DNA of 64,000 nucleotides. It comes from Mobula birostris (lineage: Eukaryota). The notes below the pieces were generated by a model. The model was not told where the DNA came from and searched no databases. It saw only the letters and a program-made list of their open reading frames with translations. The stretch covers positions 6,152,215-6,216,214 of the forward strand of contig NC_092382.1 of NCBI RefSeq assembly GCF_030028105.1, in the 5' to 3' direction. The stretch's first letter is position 1, and each line of letters opens with the position of its first letter. Positions 49,090 to 62,968 of the stretch are shown piece after piece. The position numbers and the translations under genes were made by a program.

Positions 49090-50265
49090 ACAATAGACAA
49101 TAGGTGCAGGAGTAGGCCACTTGGCCCTTCGAGCCAGCACTGCCATTCACTGTGATCATGGCTGATCATCCACAATCAGTACCTCGTTCCTGCTTTATCC
49201 CCATAACCTTTGATTCCACTATCTTTAAGAGCCCTATCCATCTCTTTCTTGAAAACATCCAGAGACTTGGCCTCCACAGCCTTATGGGGCAGAGCATTCG
49301 ATATATCCACCACTATCTGGGTGAAAAAATTCCTTAATTCCAATTCCTTAATAATCTTATATGTTTCAATAAGATCCCCTCTCAGCCTTCTAAATTCCAG
49401 TGTATGCAAGCTCAGTCGCTCCAATCTTTCGACACATGACAGTCCCACCATCTTGGGAATTAAATTTGTGAACCTACGCTGCACTCCCTCAATAGCAAGA
49501 ATGTCCTTCCTCAAATTTGGAGACCAAAACTGCACACAATACTCCAGGTGTGGTCTCACCAGGGCCCTGTACAACTGCAGAAGGACCTCTTTGCTCCTAT
49601 ACTCAATTCCCCTTGTTATGAAGGCCAGCATGCCATTAGCTTTCTTCACTGCCTGCTGTACCTGCATGCTTGCTTTCAGTGACTGATGTACGAGAACACC
49701 TGGATCTCGTTGTACTTCCCCTTTTCTTAAATTGATTCCATTTAGATAATAATCTGCCTTCCTGTTCTTACCACCAACATGGATAACCTCACATTTATCC
49801 ACATTAAACTGCATCTGCCATGCATCCACCCACTCACCCAGCCTGTCAAAGTCACCCTGCATTCTCATAACACCCTCCTCACATTTCGCACTGCCACCCA
49901 GCTTTGTGTCATCGGCAAATTTGCTAATGTTACTTTTAATCCTTTCATCTGAATCATTAATATATATTGTAAACAGCCGCGGTCCCAGCTCTGAACCCTG
50001 TGGTACCTCACTGGTCACCGCCTGCCTTTCCGAAAGGGACCTGTTAATCGCTGCTCTTTGTTTTTTTGTCAGCCAGCCAATTTTCAATCCATGTCAGTAC
50101 TCTGCCCCCAATACCATGTGCCCTAATTTTGTCCACTAATCTCCTATCTGGGACTTTATCAAAGGCTTTCTGAAAGTCCAGGTGCACTATATCCACTGGC
50201 ACTCCCTCATCCATTTTCATACTTACATCCTCAAAAAATTTCAGAAGATTAGTCAAGCATGATTT
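49090..50265 (-). mobile_element. CR1 RT 3' portion inserted in the gene 3 3' UTR
   Basis: VPQGSELGP, SKFADDTKLGG; interrupts GTTCACA|CTGGGGAG. Confidence 0.9.
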
Positions 50266-50469
50266 CTGCACTGGGGAGAAAGTTTCAACGAGCTGCATGC
50301 TGGATATTTGTCCATCACCGTTGCTGAATGCAATTTCGAGAGTGACTGTCGGTGCTGAACTCTACAATTATTGCTGATGCTCACCACACCCAGTTCTGCA
50401 CACTGGTCACTGAGCATGGGAGGAGGTTCTTCTGCTGCATATTCACCTTTATTGGGACTGGAGTTTAAC

Positions 50470-52595
50470 GTGGACTGGAGTGGAGAGCGGCCAGTGAAGG
50501 AGTGGAGCTTTGAGGCTTTGGCTCGAGAGATTTCAGCGAGCAGAGGCAGAGGATGAGCTTGCTCCCAGTCAGGTAAGGCTGGGAAAGTTTATTTAATTAA
50601 TTAACTTAGGAGTTAGTAATGGAGGCAGTAGATAGGGCAGTCCAGTGCTCCGATTGTAGGATGTGGGAAGTCAGAGACAGCACAATTGTCTCCGATGTCT
50701 ACACCTGCCAGAGGTGCATCCAGCTGCAGCTCCTGTCAAATTGGATCATTCGGGGGGCAGAGGCAGTAATAGATCAGAGTTTCAGGGAGACGGTCACCTC
50801 TAAAAGTCAGGAGACAGGTAGCTGGGTGACTGTCAGGAGAGGGAAGGGGAATAGACAGAAAGAGCAGAGCACCCCTGTGGCCGTTCCCATCAACAATATG
50901 TATACTGTTTTGGATACTGTTGGTGGGGACGACCTACCAGGGACAAGTTGCAGTGGTCGCGTCTCTGGCACCGAGACTGGACCCTCAGCTCAGAAAGGAA
51001 GGAGTGAAAAGAGGAGAGCAGTAGAGATAGGGGATTTGATAGTTAAGGGGACAGTTAAGAGGTTCTGTGGGAAAGATTGAGAATCCCAGTCTGTTCCCTC
51101 CCTGGTGCCAGGGTCCATGATACCTCGGATGGAGTTCTCGGTATTCTCAGGAGAGAGGGTGAGCAGGCAGATGTCGTGGTCCACGTGGGGACCAATGACA
51201 TAGATAGGAGTAGGGATCAGGTCCTGAAGAAGGAATATAGGGAGTTAGGGGAAAAAAGTTAAAAAGCAGGACCTCAAAGGTGGTAAACTCAGGATTGCTT
51301 CCTGTGCCGTGAGACAGAGAGGGTAGGAACAGGAAGTCATGGCAGTTGAATGTGTGGCTGAAGAGTTGGTGCTGGGGGCAGGGGTTCAGATTTCTGGAGC
51401 ATTGGGATCTCCTCTGGGGAAGGTCTGACCTGTACAACAAGGACGGGCTGCACCTGAACTGGAAAGGGACCAATATCCTGGTGGGCAGGTTTGTTAGAGC
51501 TGTTGGGGAGGGTTTAAACTAGTTTGTCAGGGTGGTGGGAATCAGAATGTGAGTGCAGAGATGAGGGTAGAAGGACAAGGGCATGATGCTGTGTGTTCTG
51601 AGTTGCTGAGGAAGGACAGGCAGGGGACAAAACATACATGTAGCCAGATCGAGGGGTTGAAATGTGTCTATTCCAACGCTAGGAGTATTAGGAATAAAGA
51701 GCATGAACTTAGAGAATCGATCAGTACATGGAACAATGACGTTGTGGCCGTTACTGAAACTTGGCTGGAGGAAGGGCAGGATTGGCTGATGCAGGTACCG
51801 GGGTTTAGGTGTTTAAAAGGAATAGGATGGGAGGTAGAATGGGGGGGGGGGGGCGGAGTAGCATTACTAGTCAGGGATTGTATCAGGGCTGTAGAAAGGG
51901 AGGACGCTGCACAGGGAGTGTCCACTGTGGTTGGAAGTCAGAAAGAGGAAGGGATCAATCACTGTGCCGGGAGTAGTCTATCGGCCCCCAAATAGCCCTC
52001 GGGACACCGAGGAGCAGATAAGCAGGCAGATTTTAGAATGGTGCAGGAAATACAGGGTTATAGTTATGGGTGATTTCAACTTCCCTCATATTGACTGGCA
52101 CCTCCTGACTGCAAGGGGGATAGACGGGGCTGAATTAGTCAAGTGTGTTCAAGAAGGATTCCTGACACAGCATGTGGACCGGCGGACGAGAGGAGAGGCC
52201 ATACTGGATCTAGTTCTGGGTAAAGAACCTGGTCAGGTGGCAGACCTCTTGGTGGGGGAGCATTTTGGTGAGAGTTACCACAACTCCCTTAGCTTTAGCA
52301 TAGCTATGGAAAAGGATAAAAACAGACAAAATGGGAAAGTGCTTAACTGGGGAAGGGCTAACTATGAAGGGATGAGGCAGGAACTAGTGAGTCTAAATTG
52401 GAAACAGGTGTTGAAAGCTGAAAGCACAGAAGTAATGTGGAGGAAGTTTAGGGACCACTTGTAATGGGTTCAGGATAGGTTTGTCCCACTGAGGCAAGGA
52501 AAAAAATGGTCGGAAAAGGGAACCGTGGCTGACGAAACACGCGAGGCAACTCGTCAAGCGGAAGAAGGAAGCATATGTTAGGTATAAGAAGCAGT
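50470..52595 (+). mobile_element. CR1 5' half (5' UTR, ORF1 with esterase, ORF2 endonuclease)
   Basis: VQCSDCRMWEV...TCQRCIQLQL; VVHVGTND; YSNARSIRNK; VAVTETWL; VYRPPNS; MGDFNFP. Confidence 0.9.
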
Positions 52596-53903
52596 CAGAG
52601 CCCTGTTGGTTGCTTTTCGATTGCTCCTACCCTGTTTACTTAATTGTCTCCTACCAGTCTTTTTTTTTGAAATCTTATTATAATACTTCAATACTGCTTT
52701 ACTCTGGCTGAGAAAAGAACCAAAGCATTTGCAAAAGAAAGAGAAACAGAAGATGAATCCCCAGTCACTTTGGATTCAATCAGTGACTTCCTTAAACAGC
52801 AAAAGTAGGAATTCTCTGACGAGTTTCAACAACTTAACGGCAAATTGGATACAATTCAACAAACTTTATTTGAGCATGAGAACCAAATTCAGGAGAATAC
52901 TGTGAAGCTAATGACACTTGAAAAGGACATTGAAGATACAATTAAACTCTGCAAAGAGTTCTCTTTATCCAATGATAAAATGCTGAATATGATCATCAGT
53001 CCCGAGAATAGAAACAGGAGAAATAACTTGTGAATCGTGGGTCTTGAAGAATCAATTGAAGGCGCTGACCCTACAAAGTCTTTGCAAACTTTCTGAAGCA
53101 GCTTTTTCCTGCTTTATTCACTTCCGATCCGAAGCTCGATCGAGCTTTTCGCTCTCTGACTTTGAAGCCATTGTCCTCGGCGGCGAAACCCAGATCGATC
53201 GAACTAACCTTTCAGGAGTTTCGTATTAAGGACCTTTTAATTCGCCACACCCAGAGACAAGGAATGATTGATTTCCAAAATTACATGGTTAGATTTGTGG
53301 AAGAATATTCACCTGATATTTTGACTGATTATATGAAATATAAAGAAGATATCTCGGAATTTTATAATGAAGGATATAAACCATCCCTTCGGTTCCCTGC
53401 CCGTCTAAGTATTGTTTTGAAGAACGGATTGCGAAAAAGAATAAATGCAGTTGAAGATGCAAAAGAGTTTCTGAAGGATGAAGTCTAAAACTGTTGTATT
53501 TCTTATTTGATCAAGTTTCTTCTTCTGTTAATATGAATTTAAAATAAGGTTTCATTAAGCTTACATTTTGTGTGTTCATATATTGTCTTTTGTTTTTTTT
53601 TGCTACTTTATTTTATCCCTTTTTGAGGCTTTATTTTAATACAGCTTTCTTTGAATTTGTTTAAAGTGATCTTTTCATATTTTTGAATACTGAGTTGTTT
53701 TGCTTTTTATGTTGTGTCTTGATAGGGACATAATGACCTTGCAGGACTGGAGTTTTTTTTCTGTCAACAGGACTTTTTTGGGGCTGGTACTTAGTTCTTA
53801 GCTCACTGACTGTCTATTGGTCAGCTTTCTCGCTTTGGATGGGGGAGGGTGTAGGGCCTATTTCTCTCTGGGAGCTGTGTTGGGTTGAATATATGATTGT
53901 TTG

Positions 53904-56900
53904 AGATTTCTACACCCTAAGGACAAAGAGTTTTCATTCTTCTCACATGTTTATCATTCTTATTCTTGAATTGATTACTTTTTTATTAACTCTTCTAACT
54001 CCATCTGTAATCAACTGCAATTATGACATTATCGCCATTTCGGATCATGCTCCAATGAAACTTTCTATCAAGTTAATGGATACCACTTGTACTAATAGGC
54101 AATGGCGATTTAATTCCAATTTGCTTCAAGACCTGTACTTTGTTAAATTTATGAAGGAACAGATTGATTTCTTTTTTTCCAACTAACATTACGGAAGAAA
54201 TTTCCAAAGGCACAGTTTGGGATGCTTTTAAAGCTTATATCTGCGGACAGATTATTTCTTTTTCTGTTGGTTTAAACAAACGTATTAAGAATGAAACATT
54301 TTTGTTGGTTGATAAAATTAAAGGAATTGATAAGAAATATTCTATTGCTCCTAGTAAGGAGCTCTACAAACAGAGAGTCGAACTTCAAATGGAACATAAC
54401 TTATTATTAACATCCTCAATTGAAAATCAATTAATGAAAACTAGAAGTGAGTTCTATATTCATAGTGATAAATCGGGTAAATTATTAGCTAATCAATTGA
54501 AAACTACTTCGGTTAAACGTCAAATTATCAAAATTCGTAAACATGATGACACTTTGACAGTTGATCATGACGAGATAAAACTTTTCAAGAATATTATGTT
54601 TCTTTATATCTTTCTGATTTTCCTCATGACCCTAACACTATGCATGATATTTTAAGGAAATTGAACTGTCTGAAATTATCACACAAAGAATGTTCAACAT
54701 TAGAAACTCCTATTACAGATGAAGAAATAACAATGAACTCTGGCAAAATACCTGGTCCTGATGGTTTTACAGTGGAATTTTTAAAGTTTTTCCTCTATTC
54801 TCTCTCCTTGGTCGTCTAGAATATTTAAAGAAGCAATCAGATTAGGTAAATTACCACAATCATTTTATGAAGCTTCTATTTCTTTAATTCTTAAAAAGAA
54901 TAAAGATCCTACTGATTGTGCATCATACAGACCGATATCGCTTTTGAATGTAGACGCCAATTTTTTTTCTAAAATATTAGTGACTAGGTTAGAAAAGGTA
55001 CTACCTCAAATTATCTCTGTGGACCAAGCAGGATTTATTTAAAATCATTATTCATTTTCTTAATATTAGGAGGTTAATGAATATTGCTTATACTCCTTCA
55101 TTTAACACCCAGGAATGTATTATTTCATTAGATGCTGAGAAAGCTTTCGACAGAGTTGAATGGCCATATTTAGTTACTGAGTTTGAGAAATGTAATTTTA
55201 GTCTGATATTTATATCTTGGATTAAATTGATATATCATTCTCCTGTAGCTTCCGATTGTAGTAACAATCAAAGATCTTCCTTTTTTCGTCTATCTCGGGG
55301 TACTAGGCAGGGATGTTCATTATTATTTGATATTGCCCTTGAACCTTTAGCAATTGCCATCCGAGACTCACCTAACATTTTTGATATTACCCGTGGAAAT
55401 GAAATACAGGAGTTATCATTATATGCAGATGATTTGTTATTATATATCTCTCATCCTGGGAAATCTATTCCCGTTGTTTTATCCTTGTTGGCTCAGTTTA
55501 GTAATTTCTCTGATTACAAATTGAACCTTAATAAGAGTGAACTATTTCCCCTAAATATTCAGGTTTCTATTGATGGATGTTTACCGTTTAAATTGGTTAC
55601 TGACTCTTTTACATATTTAGGGGATAAAATTACGAAAAAGCATAAAGATTTATTGAAAGCTAATTTTTTACCTTTAATCCATTACATTAAATTTTTGTTT
55701 ACTAAATGGTCACCAATATCTTTATCATTGATTGGTCAGATCAATACTATCAAGATGATTATTTTGCCTAAATTTTTATATGTATTTCAGGTGGTGCCAA
55801 TTTTCATTCCAAAATTCTTTTTTGATAATGTTGATTCCAAAATCTCCTCATATATATGACAGAACAAAAATCCTAGGTTAGGTAAAAGACATTTACAGAA
55901 ACCTAAAAAGGAGGTGAGGTTTAGCTTTGCTGAATTTTAGATTTTACTATTGGGCAATTAACATTTGATGTTTAAAATTTTGGTTGTGAGACTTGGATAC
56001 AACTTCAAGTCCACATTGGGTAAATCTTGAACGTAATTCTTTACAAGGGTTTTCAATGGGTTCTATTCTAGGGACTTTGCTTCCCTTTACTCTTTCTAAA
56101 TTGTATAAACAACTGGATAACCGAATAGTTAAATATACTTAACATACATGGTTTCAATTTTGAAAATTGTTTGGGTTGAATAAATTTATTTTAGCACGTC
56201 CTACTATATCTAATTTCTTTTTTCAACCCTCTACTATGGATCAAGCATATTTGGCTTGAAAAATTAAAGGTATAGTATGATTTTGTGATTTATTTTCGGA
56301 TAATTGTTTCATGTCTTTTGAACAACTATCTAATAAATATAATTTGCCTAGATTTCACTTTGTTAGATATTTACAGGTTAGATACTGTTTCTCTTACCTT
56401 CCTGAATTTACAAACGTTTGCATATTCAATGGATATTTAGGAAAAAATGTGAGATTTAAAGCCTCTTCAGAAAGGTGTAATACCAATTATTTATAATGTA
56501 ATTATGAAAATATGTCCAGTTGTATCTAATAACATTAAGACTGATTGGGAAAGGGAACTTAAGATTATTGTACCAATTGAAAATGGGAAAAAAATTCTTC
56601 AGTTAGTTAATTCATCCTCTATATGTGCTAAACATGTGTTGATACAGTTTAAGGTAGTACATAGGGCTCATATGTCTAAAGATAAATTACCTCGTTATTA
56701 TTCTCATATAAATCCTATGTGTGATAGATGTCATTCTGAGATAGCTTCTCTAACTCAAATGTTTTGGTCATGTCCTTTGTTGAAAAAGTATTGGAAAGAT
56801 ATTTTTGATATTATCTCAACTGTTTTGAATATTGATCTACAACCTCACTCTATTACTGCCATTTTTGGGTTACCAATGATAGAATCAAGTCATTGAACCC

Positions 56901-57497
56901 CTTCAGCTCGTCGGATGATTGCATTTCTTACATTAATGGTTAGAAGATCCATTTTCCTGAATTGGAAAGAGATTAACCCTCCCACCACATTCCATTGGTT
57001 TTCTCAAACTATGTTGTGTTTAAATTTGGAAAAAATTAGAAGTGTTGTTTCTGATCCCTCTATTAAATTCGAAAAGACTTGGAGGCCATTTATTAAACAT
57101 TTTCACATGATGTAACTTGACCTTTTCCAAACTTATTTTATTTCTTTGTAATACATGGTGAGAGGAACGGAGTCAACGACACTAATGGTTCCCTTTTTTT
57201 TAACGACGTTACTAAACAGCCCGTGCCTTTTTTTTAAGTTTAGTTGATTAACATTGTTCAGGTCAGTTTTTTTGCGGGGGTATATTTTTGTTTTTTTTTT
57301 CTTTTTCATGGTTTTTAATAGATGTTTTTGTTTTATATTGTTCATCTGTATCATGTATGATAGGGAGATTTAATACTCATGTGTCAGCTGGGCTTATTTA
57401 ACTATGAAAATTACAATGCTGTATTCCCAATAATTTTGTATCAATACTGTGGTATGTTTATTATTATTATAGCAATAAAGATTGAAAAAGAAAAAAA
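53904..57497 (+). mobile_element. Inner 5'-truncated L1 inserted between ORF1 and ORF2 of the outer L1
   Basis: SLDAEKAFDRVEW, RGTRQGC, LYADD, CDRC...MFWSC; A-rich tail; TSD GAATATATGATTGTTTG at 53887-53903 and 57498-57514. Confidence 0.9.
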
Positions 57498-58675
57498 GAA
57501 TATATGATTGTTTGTTTGAATATCTTACTTTACAGTTTGCTTTCTAGTTTTAATAACTTATGGCTAGATTTTTTAATTACATGTTGATTGGTATTTAAAA
57601 TGGTTTGAAATATTAACCTATTTAGTTTGAATGTGAAAGGGCTGAATCACCCCATCAAAAGGAACAAAGTGTTTGCTTATATTAAAAAATTAAAAGCACC
57701 CTTTTTTTTTACAAGAAACACACATACGCAGCTGTGATAGCTTACATTTTTTTTACTCGGTGGAAGGATATGCAATTCCACTCTTCGTTTAATGCAAAAT
57801 CACATGGAGTTTCAATTTTTGTAGGTAATACAGCTTCCTTTATTCAGCATAAACTTGTTTCGGACCCTAATAGTCGAGTTGTTATTGTATTAGGGAGTTT
57901 AGACAGTAACTTGATTGTTTTTGCTAATGTATATGGCCCCCAATGTAGATGATCCAGGATTTTTTTGAATGTCTATTTTCATTTTTACCAGATTTGTGTA
58001 CTTACTCCCTTGTGACGGGAGGAGATTTTAACTGCTGGTTAGATCCAATATTAGATCGCTCATCTATTAAACCAGCCACACTTAATAAATCAGCTTTATT
58101 TATCCAATCTTTTCTAACTATATGTGGTAGAGTTGATGCTTGGCGTTTACTTTATCCGACGGACAGGGAGTATTTTTTCTCTCATGTCCATCATTCTTAT
58201 ACCGGGATTGACTTCTTTTATTGATAGTCAAACGATTCCATTAGTTTGAAAAAAATGAATATAAAGAGATTGCTATTTCTGACCACTCTCCTGTAATTCT
58301 ATCTTTAAATCTTCCTGGTCCTATTCCCATGAGTAGATTTTGGCGATTTAACTCTGTTATCCAATGAGGATTTTTAAAAAAATTATGGAGAATCAAATTA
58401 CTTTTTTTTTTGAAGAAAATACGTTGGAAGAGAAGTCTAGCCTTATTATATGGGATACTTTTAAAGCCTACATCCGGGGTCAAATTATTTCTTTTACTGC
58501 AAACATCATTAAAAAAGCTAACAAAGAAAGAAATGAATTAGCCAATCAGTTAAAGCAACTGGACCATAAATATGCTTCGGTACCTGATCCTGAAACATAT
58601 AAGAGACGTATTGAAACTAAAACTAAATATGACCTTCTTTTAATGTATCCAATTGAAAGCCAACTTTTAAAAGAT

Positions 58676-59332
58676 AGATTAGATTATGAGGACACTCAGT
58701 CCTCGTTTGTCATTTAGTAATGCATGCATTAAGAAATGATACAATGTTCCTCCAGTATGATATTACAGAAACACAAGACAGAACAAGACTAAAACTGACA
58801 AAAACCATATAATTATAACATAGTTACAACAGTGCAAAACAATACTGTAATTTGATAAAGAGCAGACCATGGGCACGGTAAAAAAAAGTCTCAAAGTCCC
58901 GATAGCCCCATCATTTCACGCAGACGGTAGAAGGAAGAAACTCTAACTGCCATGAACTTCCAGCACCGCAAACTTGCCAATGCAGCGCCCTGGAAGCACC
59001 CGACCACAGCCGACTGACTCCGTTCGAAAACGTCGAGCCTCCGACCAGCCCTCCGACATCGAGCACCATCTCTGCTGAGTGCTTCGACCCTGGCCCCGGC
59101 CGCCAAGCAACAGGCAAAGCCAAGGATTCGGGGCCTTGCCCTCCGGAGATTCTGGATCGCACAGTAGCAGTGGCAGCGAAACAGGCATTTCAGAAGTTAC
59201 ACCAGATGTTCCTCTGCGCTTCTCACATCTGTCTCCATCAAATCAGGATTGTGCACAGCATCCTACTTGACAAATAACAATATTCATCACTGGAGTGGCC
59301 GCTGCGTGCTTCGTCGTGCCACCATCTTCTCT
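58676..59332 (-). mobile_element. Short non-autonomous LINE-mobilised element inserted in outer L1 ORF2
   Basis: GC-rich head starting AAGATGGTGGC on -, (TAATC)n tail; the L1 reading frame (QLLKD...YIYGDKTGKLLA) resumes after it. Confidence 0.6.
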
Positions 59333-59911
59333 CAGTCAACTTTATATTTATGGAGATAAAACTGGTAAGCTACTGGCTAATCAATTGAAGCCATTTTCAG
59401 CCAAGCGGCAAATTAAAGAAATACATAAAATTAATGGGGACATGACAACTGACCACCTTGAAATTAATGACACTTTTAGGGAATTTTATTCTAAATTGTA
59501 TAGTTCTGACTCTGTTAATGATAATATTGCAATGAATAATTTTTAGATCAATTAAATATCCCTAATCTTTCGTTAGATGATCGTAGGCAATTGGATCAAC
59601 CTATTTCCCAGGAGGAAATTGCTCAGGCTATTTGAGAATTGCATGCTGGGAAATCCCCTGGACCCGTGGATTCTCTGAAGAGTTTAATAAGACTTTTTCC
59701 TCCTTGCTTATACCACACTTATGTTCTACCCTTACAGATTCCTTTAAGGCAGGGAGACTACCGCAGTCTTTTTACGAAGCTTCCATTTCGCTCATTCTCA
59801 AAAAGAATAAGAATCCAACTGAATGTTCTTCATATAGACCTATCTCTTTACTCAATTTCCATACTAAAATTTTATCCAAAGTATTGGCTAGCAGACTCAA
59901 AAATATTATAT

Positions 59912-62010
59912 TGTAGCTGTGTGCTACACACAACACTAAAAATAACCACACGTAGTCGGTGAGTTAGAGTTGTGATAAAAGAGATTTATTCAAACTTCGT
60001 AGCCTGCTTTAAAGCCTTCCCGTTCCCGCCCTTCTTGGGCGGGACTGCTGTGGGGAATGCATAACGGCAGACCCTTTCCGCGCATGGGATTTCCCCCCTG
60101 CTGCTGAAGATGGCCTGGCGCCCTTTTTGGGGCCGGCCTCTCTGCCGGCGCGTGCTGGTTCATGTGTGCTAGAAAGTGGGTCGCCACATAACCACGCCCC
60201 CCAGAACCGGTGATACATCCCCCAATGTCCAGAGTCTGGATCGGCCTCTGTTTGGGAGGTCTGCCCCTGCGCCGCGGTGCCTGAGCCTGGACCGGCTGCG
60301 CCAAGTCCACATGGGCCGGTTTGAGTCGGTCCACCGTGAAAACCTCCTCTCCCCCCCCCCCCCGATGTCCAGCACGAACGTGGACCCGTTGTTCCTGATC
60401 ACCTTAAAAGGCCCCTCGTAGGGCCGCTGTAGCGGTGCCCGGTGTCCGCCCCGTCATACAAAAAGAAACTTACAGTTCTGCAGGTCTTTGGGTACGCAGG
60501 TCGGGCTCTGTCCGTGCTGTGAAGTGGGGATGGGGGCCAGGTTACTGAGACGCTCCCGTAGTCTGTCCAGGACTGCTGCGGGTTCTTCCTCTTGCCCCCT
60601 TGGGGCTGGTATGAACTCTCCTGGGACTACCAGGGGTGCGCCGTACACCAACTCAGCCAACGAGGTGTGCAGATCCTCCTCGGGCGCTGAGCGAATTCTG
60701 AGCAGGACCCAGGGAAGTTCGTCCACCCAGTTAGGCCCCTCCAGGCCGGCCATGAGAGCCGACTTCAGGTGACAGTGGTAGGTATTTGTGTGGTGTAGCT
60801 GTGATCCTAAAAGGTTGGCCATAGTTGACCACAGGCAGGAGGTGAACTGGGCTCCCCTGTCGGAGGTAATGTGGGCTGGTACCCCAAAGCGTGCTACCCA
60901 GGTTGCGATCAGTGCTCGGGCGCAGGATTCGGAGGTGGTGTTGCTGAGCGAGACTGCCTCTGGCCATCTGGTGCACCAGTCTATCATAGTTAGGAGGTAC
61001 CATGCTCCTCGTGACACTGGCAGGGGCCCCACGATATCCACATGGATGTGGTCGAACCTCTGGTGGGTGGGCTCGAACCGCTGCGGCGGAGCCTTGGTGT
61101 GCCACTGCACCTTGGCCGTTTGGCACTGCATGCACGTTTTGGCCCATTCACTGACCTGTTTACGCAGTCCATGCCACACGAACCTGTTGGCGACCAGCCG
61201 GACGGTTGTCCTGATGGAGGGATGCGCTAAGTTGTGAATGGATTCGGAAACCTGCCGGCGCCAGGCTGCTGGGACGATGGGGCGGGGTTGGCCGGTAGCT
61301 ACGTAACACAGTAGGGTCCTCTCACCTGGGCCTACGGGGAGGTCTTGGAGCTGCAAACCGGAGACTGCAGTCCTGTAACTGGGGATCTCAGCGTCTGCCT
61401 GCTGTGCCTCTGCCAGCGCTGCATAGTCCACCCCCTGGGACAGGGCCTGTATGGTAGGTCTGGATAGTGTGTCCGCCATGACGTTGTCCTTTCCCGAGAC
61501 ATGCCGGATGTCCGTCGTATATTCGGAGATGTTGGACAGATGTTGCTGCTGGTGGGAAGACCAGGGGTCGGACACCTCAGTGAACGCAAAGGTAAGCGGT
61601 TTGTGGCCTGTGAACGCAGTGAAGGGCCTATCTTCTAAGAAATATCTGAAATGCCGGATTGCCAGGTATAGTGTCAATAGCTCCCGGTTGAAAGCACTGT
61701 ATTTGAGTTCGGGTAGTCGTAGGTGTTTGCTGAAGAATGCCAGGGGTTGCCAGCGACTCTCGATGAGTTGTTCCAGCACTCCACCAACTGCTGTGTTGGA
61801 TGCGTCCACCGTGAGGGCAGTAGGAACGCCCATTCTGGGGTGCACTAGCATCGCGGCGTTTGCTAAGGGTTCTTTGGTTTTAACAAAAGCGGCTGCGGCC
61901 TCTTTATCCCAGGTAATGTCCTTGCCCTTACCCGACATCAGGGTGAACAGGGGGCGCATGATTCGGGCTGCTGAGGGGAGGAAACAGTGGTAGAAATCCA
62001 CCATACCCAT
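59912..62010 (-). mobile_element. Ty3/Gypsy element 3' half (RNase H, integrase, 3' LTR 59912-60188)
   Basis: 518-aa ORF with VDASNTAVG, HIHVDIVGP, TSDRGAQF; LTR TGTGGC...GCTACA with AATAAA. Confidence 0.92.
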
Positions 62011-62112
62011 GAAACGTCAACTGTACTTCTTCCTTGAGATGCTGCCTGGCCTGCTGCGTTCACCAGCAACTTTGATGTGTGTTGCTTGAATTTCCAGCAT
62101 CTGCAGAATTCC
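62011..62112 (+). repeat. Penelope-like fragment with the 3' half of a hammerhead core
   Basis: GAAACGTCAACTG followed by the family tail. Confidence 0.55.
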
Positions 62113-62114
62113 TC

Positions 62115-62812
62115 ATGTTTAGGAATGATGGTGCTTAGTTCTCTGAAGGTGGAATCTCATGTGGATAGGGTGGTGAAGAAAGCTTTTGGTTTGCTGACCT
62201 TTATAAATCAGAGCATTGAGTATAGGAGTTGGGATGTAATGTTAAAATTGTACAAGGCATTGGTAAGGCCAAATTTGGAGTATTGTGTACAGCTCTGGTC
62301 ACTGAGTTACAGGAAAGATGTCAACAAAATAGAGAGAATACAGAGGAGATTTACTAGAATGTTACCTGGGTTTCAGCACCTGAGTTACAGAGAAAGGTTG
62401 AACAAGTTCGATCTTTATTCTTTGGAGCGTAGAAGATTGAGGGGGGACTTGATAGAGGTATTTAAAATTATGAAGGGGATAGATAGACTTGACGTGGATA
62501 GGCTTTTTCCTTTGAGAGTAGGGGAGATTCAAACAACTGGACATTAGTTGAGAGTTAAGGGGCAAAAGTTCAGGGGTAACACGAGGGGGAACTTCTTTAC
62601 TCAGAGAGTGGTAGCTGTGTGGAACGAGCTTCCAGTAGAAGTGGTAGAGGCGGGTTCGATTTTGTCATTTAAAAAAAATTCGATCGGTATATGGACAGGA
62701 AAGGAACGGAGGGTAGAGGCAGGTAGATGTGACTAAGTGAGAGTAAGCATTCAGCATGGACTAGAAGGGCCAAGATGGCCTATTTCCATGCTGTAATTGT
62801 TATATGGTTATA
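62115..62812 (+). mobile_element. CR1 3' end
   Basis: ORF 62077..62547; tail TGTTATATGGTTATATG. Confidence 0.9.
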
Positions 62813-62968
62813 TGAACTTGCGGGTGTCTCTGTAGGTTGGACAACTGAGTGACTTCCTTCTCAGACTGAGCAGGTGAACGGCCTCTCCCCAGTGTGAACT
62901 GACTGGTGTGCTTGTAGGCTAGCCAGCTGTGTGAATCCCTGCCCACAGACTGAGCAGGCGAATGGCCG

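Larger units (their letters stand above)
52600..59911 (+). mobile_element. Outer L1-clade LINE (ORF1 ~52700-53488; ORF2 from ~57600), interrupted and 3'-truncated
   Basis: ENRNRRNNL and LRFPARL in ORF1; SLNVKGLN, GGDFNC, ISDHSP, YRPISLLN in ORF2. Confidence 0.85.
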
